Shown: positions 62,521 through 64,000 of the stretch, one piece after another
Numbering within the stretch: position 1 is the stretch's first letter
Layout: the number at the start of each line of letters is the position of its first letter
From: Entomortierella parvispora E1425
Taxonomy: Eukaryota; Fungi; Mortierellomycota
DNA length: 64,000 bases
Assembly (NCBI GenBank): GCA_020891255.1
Contig: BQFW01000009.1
Span: forward strand, 1,612,001-1,676,000
Direction: 5' to 3'
Notes under the pieces: generated by a model
Told to the model about the DNA's origin: nothing
The model's database searches: none
Seen by the model: the letters and a program-made list of their open reading frames with translations, nothing else
Translations under genes and position numbers: made by a program

Positions 62521-63411
62521 CGTGCTACTTTCAGTTGGAACCTATGGGCAAACTAGAGGGAGGTTGCGATTGGACAGAGAGAAAGAAAGGACGAGAGGCG
62601 AAAAACTGGGTAAATGGGTGGTGGGGAAGGGAGAAGGGGGGGAAGGAGAGGGGGGAAGAGAACAGGGCATATAAGAAAAAAAGAGAGAATGAGAGATCGC
62701 GAACGACGCGAGATTAAACATTCCCTCTAGATTCTTGTTTGTCCGTAAGGTGTCTAGGATGAGGGGAAATAGGCAAGTACATGCGGAGAATTCTATTCTG
62801 GCCCTATTTTTTTTTTTTTAGTCCACACGACATGCTTGAACGAGAGAGAAAAAGAGAGAGAGAAGAATGAACAGCTGTCGTGTGCAAATGTCCTGAGCAT
62901 GTAGCGACCTCTCTCTTCCTGAACGGGTCGAAGGTCTGTGCGATCGAGGGTGGCACACACACGCCACCAAACGTCATTGTGGGCTGATTGTCACATCATA
63001 CCATGGGCTAGGTCGCCAAACGCTTTGCTAATATCGTTGGCACCCTCTTGCTCTTTATTTCTGAGAATAGGCCCCAGTCAAAGGACCAGCCATTCAGACT
63101 GGCGCCACGTCCAAAGAGTCAAGTGAATGAAAATGAATAGGAAGAGAAACCAGCGCTACGTGGCAGCGACCAGAGTGCTTGCTCAGTCAGCAGTCACGTG
63201 CACCCCCTCGATGCATTTGAAGCCCACGCCCAACGTCTCTTCTTCCTTCACAACTTCATACCCCTTCGTCAGTTTATCCCTCCATCCCTGACCGTTCTTC
63301 CCTCCTGGTCTCCCCTTGCAGCACACCGACCCGGATCGCTGCTAACGATACCCAACTGAAAACAACCTCCATTTGTTCTCTTTCCCATTCCGCATTCATA
63401 CACAAACGACC

Positions 63412-64000
63412 ATGTCTCGAATGCCCAACCTCTGCTGGGCCATTCTTGTGACCCTCATTGCAGTCCTTGCCACAGGAATGTTCTTTGGCAACCCAGAAAG
63501 TTCCTCTGTATCCTGGATCTCTCCTCAACCCGACTCTGACATGAATGATCTCCTGCTACATAAGCAACAGCCGACACAGTGCAACAACGTAACAAAAAAG
63601 AGTTGCAATTTGGGCGCATTTTCAACCTCTCGATCCAAGGTCCATTTTTTTTCTCACGTACCCTCCTGAAATGTCTGTACTTTGCATCTAGCCTACAGGA
63701 CTGATCGGAGACTCCTCCTGCTGTGATTACGAGACGGTTGGGAAACTCAATGTCGACTTTTCTGCAAAGCTTGCCGAGGTGGTCAGCATGCCGTTTTTCC
63801 GGTATTTCAAGGTAAAAGGAGGCTCTAAGAATTTCTCCATTCGATCAGGAGGATGACTCCCGAGGAGAGGGAGGAGCGATCTTCGGCGTCTATCCCGATT
63901 TCACTGATCAGGAACGCCGTTGGTGATGGACCCAGCGACGAAGAAAATCGGAAATCTAAAATAATACTTGGCTCCACTCTGATTCTCACCACCTTGCCTC
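63412..64000 (+). CDS. ERO1: ER oxidoreductin 1, 5' part (truncated by the window edge)
   Basis: Signal-peptide exon 63412-63588. Exon 63692-63811 reads PTGLIGDSSCCDYETVGKLNVDFSAKLAEVVSMPFFRYFK, matching the Ero1 N-terminal CD..V...N...L..L....FFRYFK pattern. Confidence 0.85.

Overview
Intron-rich eukaryotic DNA from an early-diverging fungus (Mucoromycota, most like Mortierellaceae; inferred from the CotH gene, the F-box-like/LRR family and the TTC14 homolog). Bases 1-16.4 kb are almost gene-free apart from one standalone response-regulator receiver gene. Bases 16.5-31.5 kb hold a same-strand tandem array of seven RDH12/WWOX-like short-chain dehydrogenases: five look intact, one has a broken splice donor and one is a decayed pseudogene. 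The array is interrupted by two disrupted F-box-like/LRR paralogs. The rest is gene-dense: FLILHELTA/MRX11-like, delta-COP, TMEM135-like, START-domain, PPR, Kes1/Osh4-like OSBP (with a GC-AG intron), TTC14-like with a very long RS tail, RPL34, a Zn2Cys6 transcription factor, CotH and the 5' end of ERO1. Exon boundaries were traced by hand from GT/GC-AG sites and frame continuity. No transposon, rRNA, tRNA or CRISPR array could be supported. The best leads are the birth-and-death SDR array with a mosaic of precise intron losses, the embedded F-box-like pseudogenes, and a CAATTG-enriched gene desert around the response regulator. I found no clear new system beyond these.
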